A stretch of DNA of 64,000 nucleotides from the NCBI GenBank assembly GCA_965112735.1, contig OZ218961.1:3162001-3226000 (forward strand). Direction: 5' to 3'. Below are positions 23,318-36,015 of the stretch, one piece after another. The first letter of the stretch is position 1; every line of letters starts with the position of its first letter. The notes beneath the pieces were generated by a model, which saw only the letters and a program-made list of their open reading frames with translations, ran no database searches and was not told where the DNA came from. The position numbers were made by a program, and so were the translations under genes. This DNA is from Phaeosaccion multiseriatum. Its lineage: Eukaryota; Protista; Ochrophyta, other classes.

Positions 23318-25537
23318 TCAACCGTTACTAAGAGAGCCCATTGTGTGAATGTTGGGCCCTCTCCTCTGCGTGGCGCTTGTGGGCAGCTGTCCATAGCCTG
23401 TCCCTCCGGGGCCACCGCCGCCGCCCCCCTGCCCCCCCTGGGCCCCCTGACTCCGTTGCCTATGCCTCTTGAAGGTCTGCAACAGGAGGAAGGCAGACGC
23501 AACTGCGCTGAACATGAAGAGCAATGAACTGCTGCCCCCCTCCCCCTCCCCCTCCTGCCCAACACCCCCCTGGGCAGCGCCCTTGACGCCATTCACTCCG
23601 TGCGCCTTGAGAGCGTTCACCGCCGTCGGAGCAGCAGCCTTGGACCCTTCACCACCGCCGCCGTCCGCTGCCATCCCCTGTCCCTCCATGACCTTGGCAG
23701 CTCTGTGCAGCTTGGCACTAGAGACATAACTTAGGTTGGGGAAATCGGCGTCGAGGTAAGCGTTGCCTCTCTTCTGGATGGTTGCCTGCCCCGGTCCACT
23801 GCCCGAGGGCGCCCCCTCCCCATAACCGTCGTAGATTAAGTCAACGATGTCCTGCCCCTCAACCACCTCGCCGATCGGAGAGAAGCCTTGCCTAGGGTCA
23901 GGGGGGCGAAGAGAGGGGAGAGGTGAGGCGCGAGGCAGCGCGAGAGTGGGCATGGAATAGCACAACGAGGGGGAGAGGCATATAGGCGTGGCATTTAGGT
24001 TGATGACACTCTCACATTCGGCGGGTCCTGTTCTCCCTCCCTCCCTCCCTCCCTCCCTCCCTCCCTCCCTCCCTCCCCTGCTCCCCTGCTCCCCGCTCAC
24101 CTGTCTAGAAAGGAGTTGTCTCCCTTGTTGATGAAGAGCTGAAGAGGGGCGTGAGGCAATTAGCCCGGCCCAAGCCCAAGCCAGACGGCACCAAATGCCA
24201 CGCCACGGGCCATCGACACAAAGCAGGACGATGAGAGTCGGAGTGAGAGAGGGGAGGCGGGGAGGGATGTGTGGGGGGTGAGGGAGCGACAGACTGAACA
24301 CAAGGTCAGTGAATGCCAATGAATGTCCCATCCGCAGAAAAGAGCATCAGAGCACCGAAACAGCGGCGTGGGCACTTGTCGTGGCGCAGCAGGAGGGGCC
24401 GCCCTCTTTTCACCGGGTGGGGGGGGGGTTGGCCGGCTTCTTCCACCCCTCCCCCCCCAAACACACATGCGTAATTCTTGGATCAGTTCCTGTCAGTCAA
24501 TACCCCCCCCCCCCCCCAATGGATCCCTTGCCCGCCTGCCCCCCTTGGTACAAATGAAGTGCAGTGATCACCTGTGTGGTACGCGAGTTGGCGCCGGAGG
24601 TGGCGAAGGTGAGCTTTCCCTTGGTGTTGCTCACCCTCACCTCATCATCTGTGATGGTCCTGGAGCGCCACTTGCTGCTCACGGCGGGGTCCCCGGAGAT
24701 GCCAAACTGAGCCATGAAGCCTGGTGGGTAGGTAGGTAGAGAGAGAGAGGGAGAGGGAGAGAGAGAGAAAGTGGCGGAGAGGAAGAGAGCAGAGGGACGG
24801 AGGGGGGGAGGAAGGGAGGGAGGGAGGGAGGGGACAGGGAGGGGAGGGAGTGAGACGGAAGACGAAAGACGGGAAAACACACTCATCTTAACATACACAC
24901 CTTTGATGACTCGGAAGAATTTCACATCCGTAAAGAAGTCGTCGAGCACGAGCTCCTTAAAGCGAGCCGCACCCACAGGGGCCCTGGAGCAGGGGAGTTG
25001 CAATGTCAAGGGCAAAGATGGATCGAGGCTTCCCCACCTCCCACACCCCACTTCCTCCCCCTTCCTTCCCCTCCCTCACCATTCGGGGCGCACCCGTAAT
25101 ACGACTTTCCCCTCCTTGGCCTCTTCCAAGTGCGGCAGAACGATGTTAAAGGCTGCGCAAAGAGAGGCGGCGCATTGGGGGTGGCAACAAGAAGCGATAA
25201 ATCCAATATGAAGTATGAAGGTCAGAGGGTGCAAACAGAGACACGGGGAAGCGAACGCACATCTCAGGATTCAGATTTCTCCTCCCCCACCCGGAGTCAC
25301 CCGAGCCATCTGAACCACAGCCCCAGACAAGAGGGGAAGCGAGGTCTAAAGAGCCTCGGGGTCGAAGGGAACCAGAGGGAACTGAAGCACGTGCAGGCCC
25401 TTGTGGCACTTACTGACGTCGAAGGGCTCCTGCCCCGCCCCGCCTGCCGCGGCCGCATCCAAAACCTGCTCCTGGCACCGACCTACGCACACGAGAGAGA
25501 GCAAAAGAAGCCAAAGGAATCCAAGAAAAGGCCCCAT
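23318..25537 (-). CDS. Cyclophilin-type peptidyl-prolyl isomerase with signal peptide and C-terminal hydrophobic segment
   Basis: Motifs VRPEW|[19 protein letters not shown]|[31 protein letters not shown]|[37 protein letters not shown]. Confidence 0.92.
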
Positions 25538-25941
25538 TGTGCCTTCAATTCTTCCCTCCCGCTCCCCCCTTTTCACTCTCCCGCTTCCACCCTTGCGCCC
25601 TCCCGTCGCCCGCCGTCTCAGTAGTGAGCGAGACGGGCACGCAAAGGCCCTCCTCCTCCCTCCTTCTTCAGTGTTTGTTGGGGGAAGGGGGGGAGGGGGG
25701 AGAGAGACTTCAGTTTCAATTTCAGCTCTTTAGGCCGCGAGGGAGCGGAATCGGGAGCGCGCCACAAAACACTTTATAAAGAGCACCCACGGGAGGTATC
25801 AGCTGAGGTAGAAAGAGGAGGGAGGCGAGGGGGGGAGCAACGAACCGAGGTGGAGAGTTGCGACGGAGGCAGAGGAGCAGAAAAGAGAGTAAGGGAAGGG
25901 TGGGAAGGAAGGGCGGGGAGCCGCACAGAGCGTCCAGGAGG

Positions 25942-27139
25942 ATGGGCATGGGCAGGCGTGCCCTGCGGCTACTCCTGCTGCAGCAGCTCGCGCAGGGAGT
26001 CGTGTCCTTCACAGTAGCTCCAGCCCACCGCGGAAGGGGCATGTATGGAGGGGGCAAGGGCGGCAGCACCACTGCCACCACCAGCCGCCACAGAGCCACC
26101 TCCACCGGCACAGCGCGCGCCCTCTTCCCAAATGCGTGTGAAAGTAGAGCCACAAGTAGCTTCAGCAGCAGTCCCAGCAATAGCAGTAGGGGTCGGAGAA
26201 GGCGAAGGAGCAGTAGCGCTTACAGCACGAAGAGGTACACGGAGGAGGAGTTGTCGGGGCTGCCCGAGGCTGAAGTCAAGGCCATCGCCAAGGCAATGGG
26301 CATCAAGGCCAGGGGTAAGTACGTGGTGCAATCCATCCTCGACTTGCAAGACGTCAGTGGTGCCGGAACGAGCCCAGGCGACGGGCAGGGGGCGGGAGGG
26401 GGTGGGGACGCACTCGGCAGAGCAGCAGGGGTGGCACAACTCGGAAGGGGGACTTCCTTGTCTCCTCCTCCTTCTTCTTCTCCTTCCTCCAGCCTGCCTA
26501 CGATGAACAGAGAAAGAGTGCGAACAGCAGAGGAGGAGGGCCAAGTGCAAGAGGCGATGGAGGAGGCGTTAACTGCGGTGCAGGCGCGCAAGGCCAAGGC
26601 CACACAGGAAGGGCAAAGGAGGGCAAAGGCAGCTGCCGTGGCGGCCATTTCGGAGCAGTACAGACGCGACCAAATCAAGAAGAAGGGTGTTGCTGCCGCC
26701 GCCTCGAGGGACGAGGGGCTCTTGGGGTCTGCGATGTACCCTAATGAGGAGGAGGAGCAGCGGCAGCAGCAGCAGAGGGTCGGCGGCTACGGCGACTGGG
26801 CGGTGGAGGGGGAGGAGGCAGTGAGCGGCGCAGGCGCAAGCACACAAGGCCCTCCCGAGCCCGTGCTGGAAGGGCTGGACTTCCTCAAGGAGGGGCAGCA
26901 CAGGTGGGTGAGCACCTCTCCTCTGGTGTGGCAATCACCGTGTGGCAATCACCGTGTGGCAATCACCGTGTGGCAATCACCGTGTGGCAACCACCGTGCA
27001 GGGCAAAAGGGTTAATCGTGTGTTGTTTGATCTCTGATCTCTGCCACTGCCCATTGCCATTGCCTCCGTCGTCTTCTCACTCGCCCTGATTTCTCTGTCT
27101 CTCTATATCGCTCTCTCGTTCTCTCTTCTTATCTCTTTA

Positions 27140-27175
<36 letters not shown>

Positions 27176-30100
27176 GTAGCTACTTTGCGACGTGTGCGGG
27201 TGGGCTGGAGGCGGTGCTGGAGAGGGAGCTTAAGTCCCGAGTGGTGGGGGCCTCACATGTGGTGAGGGGCGCCAGGGGATGCAGCTTCAGGGGCGATCGC
27301 AAGGGTGAGTGACCAGCATGAGTGCTAGTGACCAGCATCAGTGCTAGTGACCAGTATGAGTGCTAGTGACCAGCATCAATGAGTGCTAGTGACCAGTATG
27401 AGTGCTAGTGACCAGCATCAATGAGTGCTAGTGACCAGTATCAGTGCTAATGACCAGTGTGAGTGCTAGTGACCAGCATCAGTGCTAGTGACCAGCATGA
27501 GTGCTAGTGACCAGCATCAGTGCTAGTGACCAGTATGAGTGCTAGTGACCAGTATCAGTGCTAATGACCAGTATGAGTGCTAGTGACCAGCATCAGTGCT
27601 AGTGACCAGTATGAGTGCTAGTGACCAGCATCAGTGCTAGTGACCAGTATCAGTGCTAGTGACCAGTGTGAGTGCTAGTGACCAGCATCAGTGCTAGTGA
27701 CCAGTATTAGTGCTAGTGACCAGTACCAGTGCTAGTGACCAGTACCAGTGCTAGTGACCAGTATCAAGCATCAGTGCTAGTGACCAGCATGAGTGCTAAT
27801 GACCAGTACGAGTGCTAGTGACCAGCATCAGTGCTAGTGACCAGTATGAGTGCTAGTGACCAGTATGAGTGCTAGTGACCAGTATCAGTGCTAGTGACCA
27901 GTACCAGTGCTAGTGACCAGTACCAGTGCTAGTGACCAGTATCAGTGCTAGTGACCAGTATGAGTGCTAGTGACCAGTATGAGTGCTAGTGACCAGTATC
28001 AGTGCTAGTGACCAGCATCAGTGCTAGTGACCAGCATCAGTGCTAGTGACCAGTATCAGTGCTAGTGACCAGTATCATTGCTAGTGCTGGCGCGTTAGGC
28101 GGGCGTTTTCGGTGTGTGTCTGCCTGCCTGCCTGCATGCCTGCCCGTAGGCACAAGTCACTCTCTCCCATCGCACCATCGAGCGATGGATCGATCGATAT
28201 TCGAAACAACGCGTCTCATACCACTCCGACCCCACCCCTCTCACCCTCTCTCTCTCTCCACCCCCTTCTTCCCAACAGTCGGGTACCGCGCCCTCCTGTG
28301 GCTGCGCACCGCCTTGAAGGTGCTGGAGCTTCTCGAGGAGCAGAAGGAGGGCGTGCGTTCGAGGGAGGACGTGTTCGAGCTTGTGTACGAGGCGGTGGAC
28401 TGGTCCACGCTGCTCAGGCCCGAGGGGACGCTATCCGTGGAGATGGTGCTCGGGGCGAACGTGGCGGAAGGTGTGTTCGCGTGCATGTGTTTGTGTGTAT
28501 GTGTGTATGTGTGTGTGTGTGTGTGTCCCCTGTGCCACCACCGTGGCTGCAGGAAGAGCCTTTCCTTTCCTTTCTGTCAGGAAGAGGCTCTTTCCCCCTC
28601 TCCCCGCCCTTTTTCTCCTCTCACGGTGCTCTTCCCCTCCTCACTTCTGCCTCTTTACCTCCTCCCTCCCTCCCTCCCTCCCTCCCCCAGGCCTTCGCCA
28701 CACGCACTTTACATCCCTCACGGTGAAGAATGCCATTTGTGACCAGTTCCGAGACAACACCGAAGGCGGCGTGCGGCCGTCTGTGGACCGCTTCAACCCC
28801 GATCTTCACCTGCTGCTGTACGTGCACAGGGGCGGCGCCAAGCTCTACAGGAGTCTCTCAGGAGCGTCCTCTATGCACAAGGTCAGTGAGAACGTAACCC
28901 TTACGTAATGTTAGGGTGGGGCAGTGATCAAGGAGGCGGCGACGAGGACGGGAGAGAGGGAGAGGGAGAGAGAAAAGAGGGAGAGTGGGGGGGGGGGGAG
29001 AGACAACAGAGAGGGTGCTGGCTGGGAAAATGTCGTGCTCACTCAATTACGCGCTCGTCCACCCACACACCGCCACTGTCTCCTTCCCATCCCCTCTGAA
29101 CTGACACCCCTTCCCATCCCCTCTGTCCTGACATCCCTTCCCATCCCCTCTGTCCTGACACCCCTTCCCATCCCCGCTGTCCTGACACCCCTTAGCGCGG
29201 CTACCGAGAGGAGATGCACGCAGCGGCCCTGAAGGAGACCTTCGCTGCCGGACTGCTGCTGGCCACAGGTTGGGACCCCATGACCCAACCCCTCGTGGAC
29301 CCCATGTGCGGCAGCGCCACTCTGGCCATTGAGGCGGCGCTCATCGCTCGAAGGATCGCTCCTGGCCTCATGGCCCTTGGGGGGCTCAAAGAGAGCGGCG
29401 GCACACAAGGTGGGTGCATGGGTGCGTGGGTGCGTGCGTTGGTGGGTGGGTGGGTGCGTGCGTGCATGGGTGCATGGGTGGATGCATGCGTGGGTGGATG
29501 CATGCGTGGATGGGTGGCTTGGTGGGTGACCCCCGTGAACCAAACTTTTGTCTCGTATATGAAGATGGTTGGGAGAGATGGAAGGAGAGGGGAAGGGAGC
29601 TGTGTGAATCCCCCTGCTGTACTGTTGGCGTATATTGGCGTACCAACACACTCCCCCCCCCCCCCCCCCACGAGGCTCAAAGCGAAGCGTGGTGAAGTGA
29701 GAAGTAGGTCGTGCTCGAGGCCAATCGGTGCTCACTGTCCTTTGTCCCTCTCTCAAAGCCTCTGCTCAGTGCTCAAGTGTCCCTCCCTCAAGGCCGGTGT
29801 AACTGTCGTTTGTCCCTCTCTCAAGGTCGGTGTAACTGTCCTGTAACAGTCCTTTGTCCCTCTTCTCGTCCATCTACCGCAGGAGGTCCCCGAGCGTGGA
29901 AGGCGGCAGTGGGGCGGTGGCCGGACTTTGACAAGAAGGCGTGGGACGAGGCCGTCCAGGAGGCGCAGGGGGCCGTGCTGGACAAGGTGCGTTACAGAAA
30001 GGCGACCAGAGACGTTTCAGAAAGGCGTCAGGCCCTGGTACAGTGGACAAGAGGAGAAGAAGGCGATGCTGCTGTTTGTGTGGTCGGCGGCTCCGACCCC

Positions 30101-31038
30101 AGCAGCTCAACCCTGCCCCCCGTCCCCCCCTCTTTCTCTCTTCCTTGCGTTGCTTGGGCAGGCACCGATGCCCATTGTGGCCAACGACTGGCACAGCGGA
30201 GCGCTTCGCCTGGCCTACGGCGACGCCAGCGCTGCAGGGGTGCAGCAGGACATCACCTTCTACAATGAGAATGTTGCCACCTTCCGCCCCGCCTTGTTGG
30301 AGGACGAGCCGCCCCAGCAGCGAACAGCCACGCAGTCACCGAACATGTTGGTCACCAATCCCCCCTGGGACGTGCGCCTGGAGAATGCGGAGGAAAGCTG
30401 GACAGCGCTGAGGGCCTTCCTGGGGGGCCCGGGGAGGGGCAATGACGCCTGGATACTGTCGGGCAATCCTGAGGTGCGCTGACGAGGGGGAGGAGGAGGA
30501 GGAGGACGAGGAGGAGGAGGAGGAGGAGGAGGAGGAGGAGGAGGAGGAGAGGTTGGGGTGCATGTGGGCAAGCTTGGGGGGGGGGGGCTGCAGGCAGAGC
30601 CCTTGCTTGTGGCCAACGGCATGCCCGGCGCGAGGTCAACGGCATGTCCTCTGCTCTTCCTCCCTGCCTCTCTGATGTACCTTTGTCACTCACTCCCCCT
30701 GGCTCCGCCCCCTGGCTCCTCCCCTCCCTCCCTTCCTCCGCCTCTGTCCCCCCCGTCTCTCTTCGTTTCAGCTGAGTCGAGCCCTCCGCCTGCGCAGCTC
30801 TGGTCAAGTCAGCATGAGCCAGGGCGGTGCTACCATGCGCTTCCTACGCTATCACTTGCACAAGAAGAGCGAAGGCAGCCAAAGCAGCCAGGCCCGTCAG
30901 ACCGGCCACACACGTGGAGCTGACGAGGACGGCCAAGGAGTATCAGTTTCACAGAAGCGCATAGACAGAGAGGAGGCATCCGCTCCCGTGCTAGATAGGG
31001 GGGTGGACCCCTTCAAGGCCGAGTTCGAGGGACTCTAG
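25942..31038 (+). CDS. RlmL-like THUMP-domain rRNA m2G methyltransferase, probably plastid-targeted
   Basis: Signal peptide followed by VSF. Motifs [39 protein letters not shown]|[34 protein letters not shown]. Confidence 0.9.
27308..28088. repeat. 19-bp minisatellite (AGTGCTAGTGACCAGYATS) x~40 filling an intron from its donor site
   Basis: Tandem copies begin immediately after the GTGAGT donor at about 27305. Confidence 0.93.
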
Positions 31039-31051
31039 AGGGAAAAAGACC

Positions 31052-31301
31052 TGCGGGCAGGAGCGATTGCGCCTGTGCGCCGAGTCGGCCGTGGGTCTCG
31101 ATGGCGAAGGTGGAGAGGCGAACACGCTCTCGGTCGTAGGTGCCCCTGTAGTGTCGCTCCTTGCAGCCGCTGGCCAACAGCGAGACCCGCAAGGAGCGAC
31201 ACTACAGGGGCACCTACGACCGAGAGCGTGTTCGCCTCTCCACCTTCGCCATCGAGACCCACGGCCGACTCGGCGCACAGGCGCAATCGCTCCTGCCCGC
31301 A
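31052..31301. repeat. Perfect inverted repeat: 113-bp arms, 24-bp spacer
   Basis: 31052-31164 is the exact reverse complement of 31189-31301. Confidence 0.95.
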
Positions 31302-31453
31302 CTGGCCGCACGGGCTCCTCCACCACCAAGGGCCACGTCCTGACAAGACTACGCCGCCTCGTCAGCTGCAGCCACCAGATGTGGCTCTCGGAGCGGGAGC
31401 GCGCCTTCCTGGGTCGGCTCAACCGCGGAGCCGGTCCCGATAATAATCTGTGA
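31165..31453 (+). mobile_element. 3' fragment of an RLE-type (CRE-like) non-LTR retrotransposon
   Basis: ETRKERHYRGTY...LSTFAIETHGRLGAQAQSLL..LA resembles the E..K..KY...F.P.A.ET.G.LG..A..LL motif of restriction-like endonuclease domains. After a frameshift it continues LTRLRRLVSCSHQ..stop. Confidence 0.7.
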
Positions 31454-31609
31454 TTCTGTATCGGCAACACGTCCACTTCTCCTTCTTCCTTCTCTTTTTT
31501 TCTTTCGCCTTTGAGCTTAGAGTTAGAAGGGCGCGGCGCGCGCGCCGGAGAAGAGGAGGGAGCGTTGGTAGAGGAGAGAGGTGTGACTATTTCAGGACAT
31601 CGGACCCAC

Positions 31610-32425
31610 ATGGCCGGGTCAATGGCCGGGTCCAAGAAGGAGCAGATCCGGGCTTTGTTGAAGAGCATCGAGACGGGCGATTCAGAGTCTGTGGTCTCCG
31701 TGGTCAACGAGGCCAAGTACATCCAGCACAACCCCCAAACTCATGAAGGCAGCGAGGGGCTGGCGCTGCTCTTCAAACGACTGTCCAAGACTGGGCCTCG
31801 TGTGAACATGGCCAGGGGCTTTGAAGATGGAGAGTTCGTGTTTGCCCAAATGGAATACGACTTCTCCAGCTCCAAGATATGCTTTGAAGTCTTTAGGTTC
31901 GACGAAGGCAAAGCTGTCGAGCATTGGGATAATATCCAAGAAAGATCGCCCGTGCCGAACCAATCTGGTCGGAGCATGGTGGATGGACCGACGGAGGCAA
32001 CGGATCTTGAGCGGACAGAGCAGAACCGTGCCCTCGTCCGATCATTCGTAGAGACCTGTCTCATCGGAGGGCAGATGCACCGGCTGACAGAGTTCATCGA
32101 CGAAGAGGCATACTGCGAGCACAATCCCGATATGAGCGATGGCGTGGAGGCCCTGGCAAGGAGCCTGCAAAGAAGCCTGGAGGGCAAGGAGGGAGAGGAG
32201 GGTAGCAAGAGAGCCATCGCGTACCACCGCCTGCATCGCGTGCTCGCCGAGGGGAACTTCGTTCTCTCCGTCAGCGAGGGCGAGAAGGACGGGGCGCACT
32301 CCTCCTTCTACGACCTCTTTCGAGTGGCACCCGAGCAGGAGGGCGGCAAGGTGGTGGAGCACTGGGACACGACGGAGAAGGTTGTGCCTCGCAGCGAGTG
32401 GAAGAACGACAACGGCAAGTTCTGA
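31610..32425 (+). CDS. Intronless tandem SnoaL/NTF2-like protein (bacterial COG4922 type)
   Basis: Two domains, each with Y..HNP and FRF/FRV...K.VEHWD. Ends W.NDNGKF as bacterial family members do. Duplicated start ATGGCCGGGTC at 31610/31622. Confidence 0.85.
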   Translation: MAGSMAGSKKEQIRALLKSIETGDSESVVSVVNEAKYIQHNPQTHEGSEGLALLFKRLSKTGPRVNMARGFEDGEFVFAQMEYDFSSSKICFEVFRFDEGKAVEHWDNIQERSPVPNQSGRSMVDGPTEATDLERTEQNRALVRSFVETCLIGGQMHRLTEFIDEEAYCEHNPDMSDGVEALARSLQRSLEGKEGEEGSKRAIAYHRLHRVLAEGNFVLSVSEGEKDGAHSSFYDLFRVAPEQEGGKVVEHWDTTEKVVPRSEWKNDNGKF

Positions 32426-33345
32426 GGGGAGGCCTCCGCATTTTCTGCAGCACCACAGATTTTCTTTTTGAAAATCAAGATCACGTGTTGGTAAAAGGAA
32501 GAAAGGAAAGATGTATCGATCACAGCGGGGGGAAGCTCCTTGGAAGAGGGCAGGAAGGACGAGCCCCAGGCAAGACACACTGTCCAAAGGCATGGATGGG
32601 TGGAGTTGTGTTGTTCCATGTTTTACATGCACGAAACAAGCATGCTGCGGAACAGTTTTCCTTTCCATCCAAGTAGAGTACACCACAGAACACCAACGCC
32701 GAAATGGAAGACGTATGTACAGGGCACCTATCCCCAAACTCTCCCCCCTCCCCCTAAAAATTCCGCACGCGGACAAAATTCCTTTAACGAGCGCGGAAAG
32801 GCTCTCGTGGCCCGCGGCCTGCTCTCCTACGCGGCTCGCTGCCTCCCTTACGTAATTACTCAAGTACCCGTTCCCCTCCCCTCTACAGCTGACACTTAGC
32901 ACAGCACCACACAGCACAACACGCACTCGCACACTGCACACACACGCACAGCCGCACAGCCACCTTTTCCCTTGTTAACACCACCTTTTCCCTTGTTACG
33001 GTAGCGGTTTCCGAGCCATCGCACCGCTCGCCCAGATCTGCCGCTGCACGCAACACCCTCCGCCGAGCAAACAGAGTCCGCGATGGGCACTTCGACCTTC
33101 CCCGTTCCAGCGGTCACCCTGGTCCCCCTCCCTCCCTCCCTCCCTCTCTCTCTCTCTCATCCCTCCCCCCGAGGGCACGATGGATCGCGCTTCAGAGACA
33201 CACCCCATATGTGGTGAGATGCCTCCTTCGTCCGTGTGTGGGCCCGGAAACCCGAGCAGCAAAACCATCAGCCAAACCATTAGCCAGGGAGAAAGAGAGC
33301 CCCTCTCCTCCGAGGGGAAGCCCATGTGCGACAAGAACGGTCAGT

Positions 33346-33558
33346 CTAATCGTTCTTGGCCTCTGCTGCCATCTTGGCCCTGGCGTTGGCCGCTTGGTCG
33401 ATGCGCGTGTTGCTATCAGGGGCATCCGAGCCGGCTTGCTTCTTGACGAAGTTCAGCACGAGGCCGTACACGGTCTTGGCGCCCTGGGTGCGGGGGTGGT
33501 AGCACCACACGAGCAGCAGCAGCTTGAACACAAAGTCTGTGTTGGTTGGGGGTGAGTT

Positions 33559-33591
<33 letters not shown>

Positions 33592-34577
33592 GGAGAGCCA
33601 GGTGAGAAAGAGGAAAGCCAGTTTCCCGCCCTGGAGCCTGGCCTTGCTTGCCTCGCCTCAAGAGATGAGATAAGGAAATGTACCCACGCCAATGCCGGGC
33701 ACTCCCTTCTCTTGGCGTGAGTTGAGTCGCGAGCCCATCGCCTCCTCCTTCCTCCCTCTCTACTCCACTCAATGTACACCTCACTCAAGCACTCACAGAA
33801 GGGAATGTAGGAGATGAAGAAGGAGAACAGGAGCTCCACGATGGACAGGCCACTGAACACGAGCCAGTAGATTAGCCACTGCGTGTCATCACCGCTCCCG
33901 GGAGACTCAATCGCTGCGGAGACACACCCAGAGAGAGAGAACAGCGACAACAGCAACAGCGAGAACAGGAACGGAGCCAGAGTCAGTCGTCATCACCGTA
34001 GCAGGGAGATTTCTTATATATAGCATAGGGGTGATAAAGAGTATTGTTGACTTCCCAAGGCCTGAGGCGCCGTCCCTCCTCCTCCTCCTCCTCCTCCTCC
34101 CCCTCACCTTGGAAAGAGGCGTAGGCGGGGTACACGAAGCCCCCCAGGTTACAGATAAGGCTTGCCACAGCCAGCCCCGTAAAGAGCAGCACTAAGAGCA
34201 GGGAAATGATCGCCGCGCCGAAGTACTCCTGTTCGAATTGGGTCAGGCGCGGGGAAACAGGGCTGGCTTAGGGGATGCACGGAACGCAGGGCGGAGACAG
34301 CAGGAACGGATGGTGGGGAGGGTGGAGAAATAGCATACAGCGGCTGGCTCGTGTCTCGGCTACAGCACGCCACACTCCAACGACCGGACGACTGTCCCTC
34401 AATTCCATCGACACGTCTCCGACCCCGCCGGCCCTCTCTCTCCGCTCTCTCTCCCCCGCCGGCACCCTCCCGCTCCCTCACCTTCTTGCAGTTCGTGGCG
34501 TCCTCAAGCTTCTGGAAGATGGGAAACTTATCCATCTCCGCGCCGAGGGCGTCCATCTTCTCATTAACGAAGTCCAT
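33346..34577 (-). CDS. TB2/DP1/HVA22 (REEP/Yop1) ER-shaping protein, 4 exons
   Basis: Motifs ICNLGGFVYPAYASFQ|AIES..DDTQWLIYW..F, IPF|YFVFKL..LVWCYHP.TQGA..VY. Confidence 0.92.
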
Positions 34578-35080
34578 CTTCTCTTCCGAAAGTTTAAACG
34601 GCGGCGGCGCTGTTCCCTGTCCCGTTGTTGTTCGTCAAACTTCCCTTTGCCGCTCCTGCTGCTCTCAGCGCTCCTTCCTGCTCTACACCTCTACACTCTG
34701 GCGTGGAAGAGGCGGGGATGGTCGCTCGGGTGGCTTGTGGCTGGGGAAAGTTGCTGGGCGGGCGCTCTCAATCGCTGCCCTCCACCCCGGGTATCACCCT
34801 CTGGTGCCATCTCGTCGCCATCTGGGTTGTACGGTTACCGAATTCCAATTTTTTCGCTTCTCTTTCGCTTCTCTTTGGCATCTTTTGGCATAAAAGCATC
34901 TTTGGCATCTCCAGTTACAGGCCGCAGCTTGCTATGAAGGAGTGGAGCTGAGCCTATTTGGCGGCGTGGAACGACTTGCTGGAGAGGTGGAGAGCGCCGA
35001 CAAGGCTGGCGAGGAGAGCAAAGGACCAGCAGGCGCGATCAGTGGAGGCGTGGAGCGGTGATCTTCCTTAGGTGGGCGTG

Positions 35081-35416
35081 ATGCCTCTTTTCGGCGTACA
35101 AGTGGAGATCTTTGCAGCTGGGGATGGCATCAACTATCCTCAGAAGGGCCAGACGGTGACTGTGCACTACACCGCCTACCTGGAGGACGGTACGCAGTTC
35201 GACTCGTCCAGAGACAGAGCGAAGCCCTTCAAGTTCCAGCTAGGCAGTGAGCAAGTAGTCAAGGGCCTCGATGAGGGCGTGGGGCAGCTAAGTATAGGGG
35301 AGCGGGCGAAGATGACAATCCCGCCGGGTATGGCCTACGGCAAAAGGGGCTTCCCGGGCCTCGTGCCGCCCAACTCCACCCTTGTCTTCGATTTAGAGCT
35401 CATCACTTTCAACTGA
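35081..35416 (+). CDS. FKBP12: FKBP12-type peptidyl-prolyl isomerase, single exon
   Basis: [62 protein letters not shown]. Confidence 0.92.
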   Translation: MPLFGVQVEIFAAGDGINYPQKGQTVTVHYTAYLEDGTQFDSSRDRAKPFKFQLGSEQVVKGLDEGVGQLSIGERAKMTIPPGMAYGKRGFPGLVPPNSTLVFDLELITFN

Positions 35417-36015
35417 GGGCTGCGTGTAAATAGAGTATTCAGCACATCTCGCACTACATCTTTGACCACCTCAAGAGAACGAGGTGGTGCCGAATGGCCG
35501 TGTGGGGCCGACCACTCTCCCTGAACGGGCAGGGTAGGCACTGGCACTGGGAGGGGGCCGTGGGGGCGAGCAGGGGACAAGCCTAGAGGCAGCTGGGCGC
35601 CCATCCTCTCCTGCTGTGCTGCTCGGAGAAAGGGCAATCCAGGGCGGAAGAGCGTATAAGGTGTGCAAGTTGTGTGTATGAATGTATGTACCGCTTGGCT
35701 TTGGCTGTGGCTGTCCATGCTCTTCTCTTCTGCCTCCTGCCCAGCCGCCAGAGGAGAGGAAAAGGCTCGGGCCCCTCCCGTTGAGCTCAGGCATTCCGAG
35801 CCCTTCCGGCTGTCCTGCCCTGCTGCCCTGCTGCCCTGCCTATCTACTGCCCTCCCCCCCCTTCCCCCTCCCCGCCAATTGGCCTCCTCCATCCCCCCCC
35901 TCCCCCTCACCACTCTCCCTGAAACGCCTCCTAACTAAACTATAAGAAAGCACAGCAAGTGCCAGAAAGTATCAGAGGACAGACAGACAATGCCCTCGCT
36001 CTCTCCTTAACCCTC

